A stretch of DNA of 64,000 bases from Candidatus Woesearchaeota archaeon (lineage in GTDB: Archaea; Nanobdellota; Nanobdellia; Woesearchaeales; UBA11576), in NCBI GenBank assembly GCA_018668595.1, contig JABJCP010000009.1, forward strand, positions 62,735-126,734, given 5' to 3'. Both the position numbers and the translations under genes were made by a program. A model generated the notes under the pieces. It did no database searches and was not told where the DNA came from. It saw nothing but the letters and a program-made list of their open reading frames with translations. The stretch's first letter is position 1, and each line of letters begins with the position of its first letter. Below, in pieces: positions 21,101-30,151 of the stretch.

Positions 21101-21423
21101 ATTTACTTCACACTTTAACTTTTTATGAAACTAATCCTGAACAAGAACATTATCCTAAATTGCAAGTTGATCGTCATGAAGAATGGTTTGGTCTTTCAGA
21201 TGAAGAACTTTCGCGACTTAATGAAAATAAAAATCCTGCAACAGGAATAAATTATCATGATTCTGTAAAAGAACTAGTGAATCTAAGAGAGAAAAATCCG
21301 TTGTTTGTGATTGGTAAATACAAGCAGTCAATGTCTGATGAAGATTATAACTTGTTAGAAACAAGATTAAAGCGATTATTAAATTATGAAGCACCTTTTG
21401 GTGTTGTAGGTGAGGATGATTAA
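18133..21423 (+). CDS. HEAT-like repeat protein fused to a Ser/Thr protein kinase (appears active)
   Basis: LGQGAFKSVYLAE, FFALKKI, HKDLKPSNIGIDELGHIKLTDFGS and YSAPE are all present. It is a paralog of 12490..15183. Confidence 0.75.
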   Translation: MNIEKILNQVERERRKILIGDMFSSGLRVKDRHAKESFANKLHKLADIDLPKFVELYQREIKKLHRGGLNDVCWEFSVSSKIAKQLGALVKSDIDLYEQLFEETVNRTYKFPDSNRKVATGCISTLETVAEINQDRFLDIYHACLHQGNKKVKQSASYSIKPLAKLNPELFEELLTDQILNYGSQVLDWSIGFLPRLADINIDKTKYLLEHCLNSESKKLKKFAVLELNSLAVKFPESFSQHLLDVFKNKYGKEVHESASVSSLVEVAVHSNIDPVAFAISCSDFDTGEDPLGYQVRMEFISYLFKEDPRKTYDLIKYKYDLDKNLADLISRSAKDDDFGAVFKDELSRRDIDILDPGTSKIIFENLEGIIEQDSQLGVELFNFLEENGSEDVKKNLFNYVHLLIAFDLDKFESVFNHTLNQSTKETSNSIYSHLGKVAVVNTEKYVELYKKATCKTVDHSIRIDIIETLGSLAKVDPDKYIELFEENLTRDQFIRSSTFETLHNLADSRPEKYVELCDIGMSDNSSYVYRDTIRSLKPLAKIDPDKFKKYVVEGFNSRKTEVAPFAAELIPLLAPIDPKLCTELAKKALRKKDWQIKIKSADALEALADNYLENKIQHFKDDCNKFIKKYLQSKYVQTKEGEDRSEQDVTDELIELIQKKDLDYKSMLESLGYEKAENLDELVELSKIKFGSYKLIKKLGQGAFKSVYLAESTLSSGLFFALKKINPSQFGDELISQHYDSFEDWLDAELHITRLAMVDSKYVSRPQLPRKDDAGFFYLTEQPFKENLKEKLQNQKINLIESFNLIIQIVEGLEDCHNFYQGPIIHKDLKPSNIGIDELGHIKLTDFGSLETMSRDLSDGDLSNILYSAPEVLQGEKTTIKSNIWTVCNLMYNILTGDDLFAPENNSKPKSTDENRETYAKISLEKMMKTSELGVKDKVVFLRDKLCENYNQESVEYRTLTILAGVIAGGLFENPEERVYNSMTELKTDLLHTLTFYETNPEQEHYPKLQVDRHEEWFGLSDEELSRLNENKNPATGINYHDSVKELVNLREKNPLFVIGKYKQSMSDEDYNLLETRLKRLLNYEAPFGVVGEDD

Positions 21424-24189
21424 ATGACCAAAAAAACAAATTCAACAACCAATCAAGATTTAATGAATCTCCTCCTGCCTATTTTTGAAGAGTTTGATCT
21501 AATTAGAGAATCATCTGATTTTTATTTGACCACTAAAAAAAATTTAAATAAATATATTTCTGAACAGAAAGCAAGAGTAGCATTTACTTTTAATTTTCCT
21601 GAAATCGCAATTAATTGTTTGGATGATTATTTATCTACTTTAAATATTGATTCTATCGATTCATTTGATTTGCATAGTGTTGTGGATTATGCAGGTTATT
21701 GTATTGAACTAAATAAACTAAAAAAAGCAGAGCCTTATGTTGTTTTACTTGCAGATAAATTAAATTTGTTAACAAATAATGGGAACTTCAAAGTAGCATT
21801 ATCTTTTTTAAATAATTTAAATGAAGAAAAATTAAATATTTTATCTAATTTTAACTTTTCTGAGTTAATTTCAAATCAAATAGATTTAATGCCTTTGGGC
21901 ATCACAAAATCAGAATATTATTCATCCGAATCATTTTTTAATTTGCTTTATAATATGGATAAATTTGATAAATTATTATGTGAAACCAAATCGCTTGATG
22001 ATAAAATTTCTGATTTAGAGAAATCAGAAAATTTAAATTATTATTTTAGTTTAAGAATACTTCAAGCAAAACAGTATATGCGATTAAATTTAAATGATGA
22101 GTTCAAAGAAATTATCTCGGATTTAGAACTTAAATCAGCTGGTTTTTCAAATAAATTTTCAGATAGAAGTCATTTTGATTTTTTAAGTGTTATAAAATTA
22201 AAAAAAACTTTTGATGTTGATTATGATTGTAGAACTGATATTTTATCAGTTGTAGATTTAGTTAAAGATAATTATGAAGATGTTGATGATTATTGGCATA
22301 TTTCATCATTTTTTGAAGAAATTGTGAATTTAACCAGGAGTGAGTTTCCTGAGTTTGCAAAAAATGTTTTTAATAATTTTTTAAATTCTGGGCCTGAGAA
22401 ATATTTTGGACATATAAAAAAAGAACTAGATAAAGCTAAAGGATTAACTAATTTTTTATGGAAATGTCGTGATTATTTAGGCAAGGAGTATAGCTTAGAA
22501 AAAATTAATTTTATTAATTCTATTTTATTAAATAAAGATATTTTATTTAATCAATCTTATTTAAAATTTGCATGTAAAATTAGTCATGAATTGGGGTTAG
22601 AACATGATTTCAATAATCATTTAACCGAATTAAATAAATTGATGCGTTATCCTAAAGAAGAGTTTGATATGAGCAAAAAACTTGTTGCAGAAAATTTAAG
22701 ATATGAAACATTAAATGATCTGGCAGATATTTTTAAAGCAAGATCTGATTTTAATCAGGCATCTAATGCTTATCGAGAGTTAATTAATTTGTATAAATTA
22801 AAAATTGATTTTACAAAGAAAGACTTTAGTCGTAATTGGCACAAAGATGACAATCAAAGAAAATTTGATGAATTATCTATTAAATTGAAAAAATTAAAAA
22901 TGAATTATTCTAATAAATTTTCTAAACATCAACTTAGTAATTGGAACAAGGAAGTGAATAGAACACAAGACCAAATTAATAATTTGAAACAAATTAATGC
23001 ACATATTTCTATTAATTTAAAAGCATTTAATTCAATGGATTTAATTAGGTCTTTACATTTTACTTATTTGCGTAATGCAGAATGTTTGTTAGCTTCTAAT
23101 AATATTAATGCTGCTGTTGAATCATATTTGGAAATGAAAAATTTGTTTTACTCTTGGAGTGTTAAAGAAGAAACTGCTGCATTTTGGATTGGAACAAGAG
23201 CAGTATTACTTTCAAAAATATTTAAAACGACAGAAGATCTTCCATCATTAAACTTCATGCTGGACAACAACATAGTTCTCGAGGGTTACACAATTACAAA
23301 AAAACTCGGCAAAGGTGCTTTCTCTGATGTTTATTTAGGAAAAAATGTAGTCGATGAAATGGACGAAGCTGTCAAAATAATTCAAATTTCTGATTTTGGT
23401 AAACAACTTATTGAAGAATCAGGCATGACACAGGAACAATTTATAAGTAAAGAACTTCAAGTCAGAAAACTTAATTCTTTAAGAAGTCATAATATTGTTT
23501 TATATCATAATGTTGCAAAAGTAAAAGATAAGGTTGTTATTTTTATGGAACCTTTTGAGATGACATTAGAAACTGCACTGATTGAAAATAATCTTACTTA
23601 TTTTGAAAAGGTTAACTGTTTTGCAGACATTGCAGCTACATTAACTGAGTGTTATGATAAATTGGGAATTATTCATAAGGATTTGAAGCCGGTTAACGCA
23701 GGTTTGGATTCTAATAAAGAAATAAAGCTTACTGATTTTGGTAGTATTGATTCTTTTTCTGCAAAAAATTATTCTGATTTAAGTAATATTGAATATCGTG
23801 CTCCTGAAATTTGGGAGGGTGAAAAAGCAACTTTTTCGTCGAGTATTTGGGCGATGGGCGGTATTTTTTTCAGAATGCTTACAGACAAAAAACTGTTTGA
23901 GCCAGATAATTTAGATAAAAACAAAGATCGTAAAGAGTACGAAACTTATTTTAAGAATAGAGATTGGCAAAGCTTAGAAGAGCAAGATTCTAAATATATA
24001 GCAGATTCAATGATTCATCCTAATGTTAGATTTATTCCGGGCAGTGTTTATGCTGATATTACTTTTATGATTCAAACTTGTTTAACCTATGATCCTAAAA
24101 AAAGAGAAGATAGATTTAGAGCGTTTTTAGATTATTTCAATGAAACCTATGATATAAATGAGTTATTGAACTTAGAAAATACTAATTAA
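21424..24189 (+). CDS. Helical-repeat (TPR-like) protein fused to a Ser/Thr protein kinase
   Basis: LGKGAFSDVYLGK, HKDLKPVNAGLDSNKEIKLTDFGS and YRAPE are present. The start abuts the preceding stop (TAAATG). Confidence 0.7.
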   Translation: MTKKTNSTTNQDLMNLLLPIFEEFDLIRESSDFYLTTKKNLNKYISEQKARVAFTFNFPEIAINCLDDYLSTLNIDSIDSFDLHSVVDYAGYCIELNKLKKAEPYVVLLADKLNLLTNNGNFKVALSFLNNLNEEKLNILSNFNFSELISNQIDLMPLGITKSEYYSSESFFNLLYNMDKFDKLLCETKSLDDKISDLEKSENLNYYFSLRILQAKQYMRLNLNDEFKEIISDLELKSAGFSNKFSDRSHFDFLSVIKLKKTFDVDYDCRTDILSVVDLVKDNYEDVDDYWHISSFFEEIVNLTRSEFPEFAKNVFNNFLNSGPEKYFGHIKKELDKAKGLTNFLWKCRDYLGKEYSLEKINFINSILLNKDILFNQSYLKFACKISHELGLEHDFNNHLTELNKLMRYPKEEFDMSKKLVAENLRYETLNDLADIFKARSDFNQASNAYRELINLYKLKIDFTKKDFSRNWHKDDNQRKFDELSIKLKKLKMNYSNKFSKHQLSNWNKEVNRTQDQINNLKQINAHISINLKAFNSMDLIRSLHFTYLRNAECLLASNNINAAVESYLEMKNLFYSWSVKEETAAFWIGTRAVLLSKIFKTTEDLPSLNFMLDNNIVLEGYTITKKLGKGAFSDVYLGKNVVDEMDEAVKIIQISDFGKQLIEESGMTQEQFISKELQVRKLNSLRSHNIVLYHNVAKVKDKVVIFMEPFEMTLETALIENNLTYFEKVNCFADIAATLTECYDKLGIIHKDLKPVNAGLDSNKEIKLTDFGSIDSFSAKNYSDLSNIEYRAPEIWEGEKATFSSSIWAMGGIFFRMLTDKKLFEPDNLDKNKDRKEYETYFKNRDWQSLEEQDSKYIADSMIHPNVRFIPGSVYADITFMIQTCLTYDPKKREDRFRAFLDYFNETYDINELLNLENTN

Positions 24190-24238
24190 TGATTATTTAA
24201 TATTAAAAAATGATTAAAAAAAATTAAATAACTAAAAA

Positions 24239-26455
24239 ATGACAGAAGAAAATAAAAAAAATAACTCCAAAAAAGATTCAAGTAGAGATTTTAAACTTTC
24301 AAATCCTATTAAAAACATTCAAGATTTAAAAAATGAATCTAAAGAACTTAAATATTTAATAAAACATTTTGAAGAATTTAATCTTGATAAACCCGAATTA
24401 GAAGATTATGTTGTCAAAGTTTTAGATTCTAATGCGAGTATTTTAACTAAGAATATTTTAATAGAAGGAGATATTGATAAAAATTTAGTTGATGTAGTGA
24501 ATGATTCTAAGTTATTGTCTAATTTCTTAAAAAAGTTTGAACAATACTCTTTATTTTTTAGAGATAAGTTAGATCTACAATATGGGTTTAGAATTTCAAC
24601 AACTAAAGAATGGGGGGAATCATTAGAGCAGTTAGGTGTGGTTTTAACTGCAGATAATGAGATTAATTTTAAGAAGGAAGGATATGTGTCTAATGTTGCA
24701 CATAAACAATTTTTAGTTAATCTTAGAGATGATATTATTTCCAACCCAGAAACACTAGATTCTGATTATTATGGTTTGTTTAATGAGTTAATAAGAAAAT
24801 CTCATAATAAAGAGAGAATAGAGGACAGAGCATTACATTCTCTTTATTATTTAGGGGTAGACTTTGATTCAAAATACTCTTTGGAAAAAATTACTGATTT
24901 GTTACTTGGTTATAAAGATCATGAGATTTTAAAAAAATTTGGACAATCAGATGTCGCGTATAGTCCACCCGTGCTCGATCAAGTATTTAGGAAAATTATT
25001 AAATATATAAAACAAGGAGACTGTAATTCAATTAATGATTGTATTGAATGTGCTTCAATTAACATTTCCAACTACCAATTAATCTCAAAAATAGCAGAAG
25101 GTACTTCGAAGCGAGTCTACAAAGCTATTTACCAAAAACCAGGTTTCGATCCTATCACAGTTGCATTAAAGATCGTCAATAGAACTGATTTGCCTGATTC
25201 ATCTAATGTTGATAATCTTATTCAACGTTTTGGTTTGGAGGATATTACAAAAGGGGAAATTAATGCCATGTTGAAAACAAAAAATCCTTCTGTAGCTTCT
25301 ATTTATGATTTTGGAAAAACTAACAAAGGTAAACTGTACATTGCAGAAGAGTTTGTTGAAGGTGTTAGTTTAAGAGATGTAATAAATCAAAGACCTGTTC
25401 TTGAATCTGTTTTTAATAATTTATTTTCAATGAGTATTTCTGATGAAGAATTAGATTCAGGAAGGATAGATCTATCTGATCTTTTGCCAGATTCTTTTAA
25501 TTCGATTGAAGAAGAAAAATTAGTTGTGTCTGCGAAAGAAAAAAATTGCAGCAGATCTGAATTAAAAGATAAACTGCTTACTAAAAAACAAAATTTATAT
25601 TCTCAACGAGCATTATCCAATACTCGTTTTTCATCAAAATTTACATTTTCTAAAGAGAAATCAATTATGCGATATGTTGTCAAAGATGGAATTGTTTCTG
25701 AAGAAGACTATTTGACAAAAATTCCTGAGGATTTGGCAAGACTCAGTTTTTATTTTTCATTATTTGAAAAAATTTTAAAATCAGTCTATAAATTACATGA
25801 AGATAATTTAGTTCATTTAGATATTAAACCTGAAAATATAATTATAGGGGATGTTGTTAAATTGACTGATTTTCAAACTGCAGGTATTTTAGAAGATTTT
25901 TATGTTTCTGGTGCAAAAGGCGTGCATGGTTCAAAGCAGTATGCAGGTCCTGAATTGTTTTGGGATTCGAGTCCAGGAATACATTCAGATATTTATTCGT
26001 TAGGTATTATTTTTTATGAACTTCTTACGGGAGAACTTCCTTTTGGACCATATGATTCGAGAGAAAAAGCAAAAAAAGATCATGAATTAAATCATGAAGA
26101 TAATTTAGAAAAAGCTCTTGATAAATTAAACTTTTACAAGTCTGATGAAGTTAAATTTCTTTTTGAAAAAGTTTTGACTGATGATTCGACGAGTAGATAT
26201 GATTTAATGTCTACTTTTATTAGTCATTTTAATATGGTTCAGAATAGTTTATTTCAGGATTTTAGAGTGGATGTTGAAGGAATTCCTGTATTTGATGAAG
26301 ATTTGATAACATTATTTGAATTAAGACGTAAGTATGGTTTTGATGACCTTAATAAAATATTAAAATACACCAAGCATTTAGATATGACTGATCATGTACC
26401 TCTGCATGAGCCATCAGGAGGGGTTGATTATGGTGATTGGGATGATGAAGAATAA
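24239..26455 (+). CDS. Protein-kinase-like protein (HLDIKPEN present; DFG replaced by DFQ)
   Basis: The core reads HLDIKPENIIIGDVVKLTDFQTAG. It has an acidic C-terminus (DYGDWDDEE) and is a paralog of 15212..18118. Confidence 0.65.
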   Translation: MTEENKKNNSKKDSSRDFKLSNPIKNIQDLKNESKELKYLIKHFEEFNLDKPELEDYVVKVLDSNASILTKNILIEGDIDKNLVDVVNDSKLLSNFLKKFEQYSLFFRDKLDLQYGFRISTTKEWGESLEQLGVVLTADNEINFKKEGYVSNVAHKQFLVNLRDDIISNPETLDSDYYGLFNELIRKSHNKERIEDRALHSLYYLGVDFDSKYSLEKITDLLLGYKDHEILKKFGQSDVAYSPPVLDQVFRKIIKYIKQGDCNSINDCIECASINISNYQLISKIAEGTSKRVYKAIYQKPGFDPITVALKIVNRTDLPDSSNVDNLIQRFGLEDITKGEINAMLKTKNPSVASIYDFGKTNKGKLYIAEEFVEGVSLRDVINQRPVLESVFNNLFSMSISDEELDSGRIDLSDLLPDSFNSIEEEKLVVSAKEKNCSRSELKDKLLTKKQNLYSQRALSNTRFSSKFTFSKEKSIMRYVVKDGIVSEEDYLTKIPEDLARLSFYFSLFEKILKSVYKLHEDNLVHLDIKPENIIIGDVVKLTDFQTAGILEDFYVSGAKGVHGSKQYAGPELFWDSSPGIHSDIYSLGIIFYELLTGELPFGPYDSREKAKKDHELNHEDNLEKALDKLNFYKSDEVKFLFEKVLTDDSTSRYDLMSTFISHFNMVQNSLFQDFRVDVEGIPVFDEDLITLFELRRKYGFDDLNKILKYTKHLDMTDHVPLHEPSGGVDYGDWDDEE

Positions 26456-26584
26456 TTATTATTTTTAAAAATTCAGTGAGTTGTTTATCAAAAGAATTAA
26501 GCAGTATAATTAAGTTTTATCTATAACCTCTATACCTCAAACTTAAATAACAAAAATGAATACTTAAAATCAGAGTAAATAAAA

Positions 26585-27355
26585 ATGAATTACAAAAAAG
26601 AATTGGAAATTGCAAAAAAAGCAGTAAAGTCTGCAGGAGAATTAGTTCTTAGGTATTTTAATTCAGATTACGAAACAAAAATTAAGCAAGACGACACTTC
26701 TGTCACAACTGCAGATATTGAGTCTAATAAACTTCTAGAATCTATTTTATTAAAAGATTTTACTGATTATGGCATTATTAGTGAAGAAAAATCACCTATA
26801 AAACCAAATGCAAAATATAAATGGGTTATTGATCCTATCGACGGAACCAGAGGTTTCAAAGCAGGTATTGATGAGTTTTGTATAACTGTTACTTTAACCA
26901 AAAACAACAAACCTGTTGTTGCGGTAGTGTACAGACCAGTTACTGATGAGCTTTATCATGCTGTTGATAATCAAGGTGCTTTCAAAAACAGCGAGCCTAT
27001 TGAAGTTAGTCAGGTTGAGTGCATAAACCAATCTAGAATGCTTGTTAGTGATTCTGAATTTAAATTAGATTATATGAAAGAATTAATAAACGAAATTAAT
27101 CCTGAAGAAGTTTCTGATATGGGTAGCACTGCTTTAAAATTTTGCAAGGTTGCAGAGGGTGATGCTGATTTTTACATAACATTCGGAGGCAATGATCGAA
27201 ATATTGGAGCATGGGATTATCTTGGTCCGAGTTTAATTTTAAAAGAAGCAGGTGGCTTATTTTTTAAGCTAAATAATTCTAAACACTTGCCAGAAAATAG
27301 GGATTACATGTTTCTTGTTTCAACAGAATATTTAAATATTGATTTATTCATGTAA
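26585..27355 (+). CDS. Inositol monophosphatase family protein (IMPase/FBPase-like)
   Basis: The WVIDPIDGTRGF signature is present. The upstream metal-binding motif ISEE lies in GIISEEKSP. Confidence 0.65.
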   Translation: MNYKKELEIAKKAVKSAGELVLRYFNSDYETKIKQDDTSVTTADIESNKLLESILLKDFTDYGIISEEKSPIKPNAKYKWVIDPIDGTRGFKAGIDEFCITVTLTKNNKPVVAVVYRPVTDELYHAVDNQGAFKNSEPIEVSQVECINQSRMLVSDSEFKLDYMKELINEINPEEVSDMGSTALKFCKVAEGDADFYITFGGNDRNIGAWDYLGPSLILKEAGGLFFKLNNSKHLPENRDYMFLVSTEYLNIDLFM

Positions 27356-27369
27356 TTTAATATTTTGTT

Positions 27370-28284
27370 CTATAAATTTATTCCAAATATTGGACTTGCT
27401 GCTTCAAAGATTTTCACAGATAAATTATTCAGCACGTGTACAACTCTTATTTCTTTTTTTGGTACTTTCTCGAGCAGTGATAGGCCTTTTTTAATAAATG
27501 CTTTTTTCCCTTCAATTATATCTTTTGCAGTTTCTATATCGAAGTCATAATAAAGATTATACATTTTTTCAAATAATGTATTGATATTCTTATACAGTTT
27601 GAGTGTTTCTGGACTTAATTTAAATTTTGGATCTTTCAACTCGAGTAAATATCTGCATACATATTTGTAATCATCTGCAATATCTTCTAGTCTTTGAATT
27701 AATAAATACAGGAGTGTTGGTTTTTCAAACATTGATGTTCCTTTTACATTCACAACTCTGCAACAATACATATAGAATTTATTTTGTACATTTTCTAGTT
27801 CTGAAATTCCATCTAGTTCGTCATATTTTTGTGTAGCAATTGCATCATATGATTCTTCTGCAAGTGATTTAGTAATTAAAAACAACCTACGCATGCTTTG
27901 TTCAAATTGCGAGTCATCTATTCTCATTATGCTTTGTAGAATAACATAGTTTTTGCCTTGGTCTGATATTTCAAAACCCATCATTAAGGGCAGTCGTCTT
28001 TGAATATCTTTAATAACAGAACTATCATCATAATTTACTTTTATTTCTGTAACTCCTTTTCTATATAGATTAAATAATGTTCTTGATATTAATCTGTGTG
28101 GTTTTTTTACTGTTACTTCTGCTTTCATTTCAAGTGCTTTTGTATCAGAACTTATTGTAAGATATCCTTTTTCTTCTAAGATTTCAACTTCATCTCCTGC
28201 ATTTAGATTTTTTTGTTGTATCCATTTTGCAGGTAGACTTACAGTCATTACACTTCCGCCTTGTTTTACTAGTTTTCTTTTCAT
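27370..28284 (-). CDS. AbrB/SpoVT-type swapped-hairpin domain fused to a PhoU-like helical domain (putative regulator)
   Basis: The N-terminus is MKRKLVKQGGSVMTVSLPAKWIQQKNLNAGDEVEI. The remainder is helical. Confidence 0.4.
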   Translation of the reverse strand: MKRKLVKQGGSVMTVSLPAKWIQQKNLNAGDEVEILEEKGYLTISSDTKALEMKAEVTVKKPHRLISRTLFNLYRKGVTEIKVNYDDSSVIKDIQRRLPLMMGFEISDQGKNYVILQSIMRIDDSQFEQSMRRLFLITKSLAEESYDAIATQKYDELDGISELENVQNKFYMYCCRVVNVKGTSMFEKPTLLYLLIQRLEDIADDYKYVCRYLLELKDPKFKLSPETLKLYKNINTLFEKMYNLYYDFDIETAKDIIEGKKAFIKKGLSLLEKVPKKEIRVVHVLNNLSVKIFEAASPIFGINL

Positions 28285-28493
28285 TTTTTTTCTTCCCTTG
28301 TTTGGTTAATTGAATTAAATTATGTTGATTTTGTATTATATCCGTATTTAATCGTAAATCTTACATTATTATGCAGCACTACTATATAAATTTTTCTAAA
28401 TTATATAGGATTAACAAAACTATAGAGTTATAGAGTCATCTATAGAGTCTACACCAAAGATATATATCGATATTCCGTCATATGTAGAAGATA

Positions 28494-28551
28494 TTCCGAA
28501 AACATCTGAAAATAATTCAGAAAAGAGGGAGATAATCGTTGGTTTTCGGAA
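28494..28551. promoter_or_regulatory. 10-bp perfect inverted repeat (TTCCGAAAAC ... GTTTTCGGAA, 38-bp spacer) ending at the SD of the Lrp gene; three TATAGAGT direct repeats lie just upstream (about 28421-28455)
   Basis: Read directly from the sequence. Confidence 0.35.
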
Positions 28552-28566
28552 ATGGAGGGGCATAAA

Positions 28567-29049
28567 ATGAATATGGACAATAATCAAAAATTAAATCAAA
28601 AAGACTTGAAAATTATTGCACACCTAAGAAATGATGCGAGAATGCCATTAACAAAGATGAGCAAGAAAGTTCAAATTCCAGTATCCACTATATTTGACAG
28701 ATTAAAAGCAAATGAAAATAAGCTAATAATAAAACACACAAGTCTATTGGATTTTTCAAGGTTGGGATATCATACTAGAGCAAATATTGCAGTAAAAGTA
28801 AATAAAGAACATAAAGAAGAATTGAAAAATTATTTAGTAACACACCAGAATACAAATTCAGTATATAAGATCAATAACGGTTTTGACTTTATGATTGAAG
28901 GAATATTCACGCACATTAAAGATATGGAAGAATTCATAGACGAGCTCGAAAATAAGTTTAATATTGAAGATAAAAAATTTTTCTTTATAATCGAGGACTT
29001 AAAAAAAGAAGCATTCATGAGCAATCCTGATATGTTGTGGGGAAATTAA
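28567..29049 (+). CDS. Lrp/AsnC-family transcriptional regulator
   Basis: QKDLKIIAHLRNDARMPLTKMSKKVQIPVSTIFDRLK is an Lrp HTH. The track ATG (28552) is inside the SD (GGAGGGG), so the start at 28567 is preferred. Confidence 0.55.
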   Translation: MNMDNNQKLNQKDLKIIAHLRNDARMPLTKMSKKVQIPVSTIFDRLKANENKLIIKHTSLLDFSRLGYHTRANIAVKVNKEHKEELKNYLVTHQNTNSVYKINNGFDFMIEGIFTHIKDMEEFIDELENKFNIEDKKFFFIIEDLKKEAFMSNPDMLWGN

Positions 29050-29137
29050 AATAAAATATTGGCTGTATAAAAAAATATAAGAACTTGATATCTGTAACTG
29101 CCAATTACAAGAACAACAGCACTACCTTGGCATACAT

Positions 29138-29264
29138 TTGAACACGTAGTGTTCAATTTTGTCGAGCGTAGCTCGATGTTGTCAGTAACTTGTTACTGAT
29201 GTAATGCAGAAAAATGCCTGATTCATACAAGGTATTTTTCGATAAATCAAATTCATAGAATTTG
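29138..29264. promoter_or_regulatory. Cluster of four perfect palindromes/hairpins in a 350-bp intergenic region (candidate structured ncRNA or regulator-binding array)
   Basis: The four palindromes are TTGAACACgtaGTGTTCAA (29138-29156), TCGAGCgtaGCTCGA (29162-29176), CAGTAACttGTTACTG (29183-29198) and ATCAAATTCataGAATTTGAT (29246-29266). Local GC is higher than in the flanks. Confidence 0.35.
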
Positions 29265-29397
29265 ATAAATTGCCGTAGTGCTGAAAAAAGAAAAAATAAA
29301 CTGAGTTTCTATAATTATTATTCGATTTTTATATCTCCGAAAAAATAACAATCCAACCACACAAATCTTTATAAAATAAACTACGAATTCTAAAAAC

Positions 29398-30117
29398 ATG
29401 GTAATTCAAAAAAGACTAATAGGTCATGCAACTGGTAATTTTCATTTATTCGATCTAACTCTGGACGAAAAAATACAACAAATAAAAGAGCTAGGCTGTA
29501 ACTGTACTGAGTTTACTTTTGCAACAAAAGAAGATCTTGATCAAGCATTACTTAGTTTGGATAGTTCTGAGTTCATTAAAACACTAGATTATGTTTCTGT
29601 TCATGCACCATTTAGATTTGAATATGGAAAAAATGATGAGACTTATACTTTACTAAATAAGTTGTTTTATTTTTCAGAATTAGTTCAAGCATCACATATA
29701 ACAATTCATCATAACTTAATCCAGGATGATTGGGTTGTAGATAAATTATTAAATTCAGGGATCAAAACCAGTTTTGAAAATTTAAAAAAAGGAAATCCTT
29801 ATACTATGAGTGATTACTTTCAAATTCTAAAACAAAATCCAGGAGTAGGTTTGGTTTTTGACGCAGGTCATGCACTTACTTATTCAGAAAATTATCTTAA
29901 AGAGTTTTTAACCAAACTAAAACCAACAAATAAATTAGATCAATTCCATATTAGTGATTGCTATGGTGGAAAACCTCATCGGCCAATAAAGAATCCTAAT
30001 TTTTTAAATCATCTAAAAGAATTTGATGTTCCTTTTATTATTGAATCAAAATATTCTCCAGATGAAAAAGATGTATTAAAAAAAGATTTAGATATAGTGA
30101 GAATGTATTTGTCTTAA
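29398..30117 (+). CDS. Xylose-isomerase-like TIM-barrel (sugar phosphate isomerase/epimerase or AP endonuclease 2 family) protein
   Basis: Candidate metal-ligand stretches are VSVHAPF, ITIHHN and FDAGHA. Confidence 0.35.
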   Translation: MVIQKRLIGHATGNFHLFDLTLDEKIQQIKELGCNCTEFTFATKEDLDQALLSLDSSEFIKTLDYVSVHAPFRFEYGKNDETYTLLNKLFYFSELVQASHITIHHNLIQDDWVVDKLLNSGIKTSFENLKKGNPYTMSDYFQILKQNPGVGLVFDAGHALTYSENYLKEFLTKLKPTNKLDQFHISDCYGGKPHRPIKNPNFLNHLKEFDVPFIIESKYSPDEKDVLKKDLDIVRMYLS

Positions 30118-30151
30118 GAAAAAGATTTAAAAAAATTAAATGTTAAAATAT

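Noticed and set aside
12278-26455. Eukaryotic DNA contamination as an explanation for the ePK-type kinases
   Set aside because: The genes are intron-free, tightly packed and co-directional with overlapping stop/start codons. They are flanked by clearly prokaryotic genes (Lrp, GAPDH, IMPase), with SD motifs throughout.
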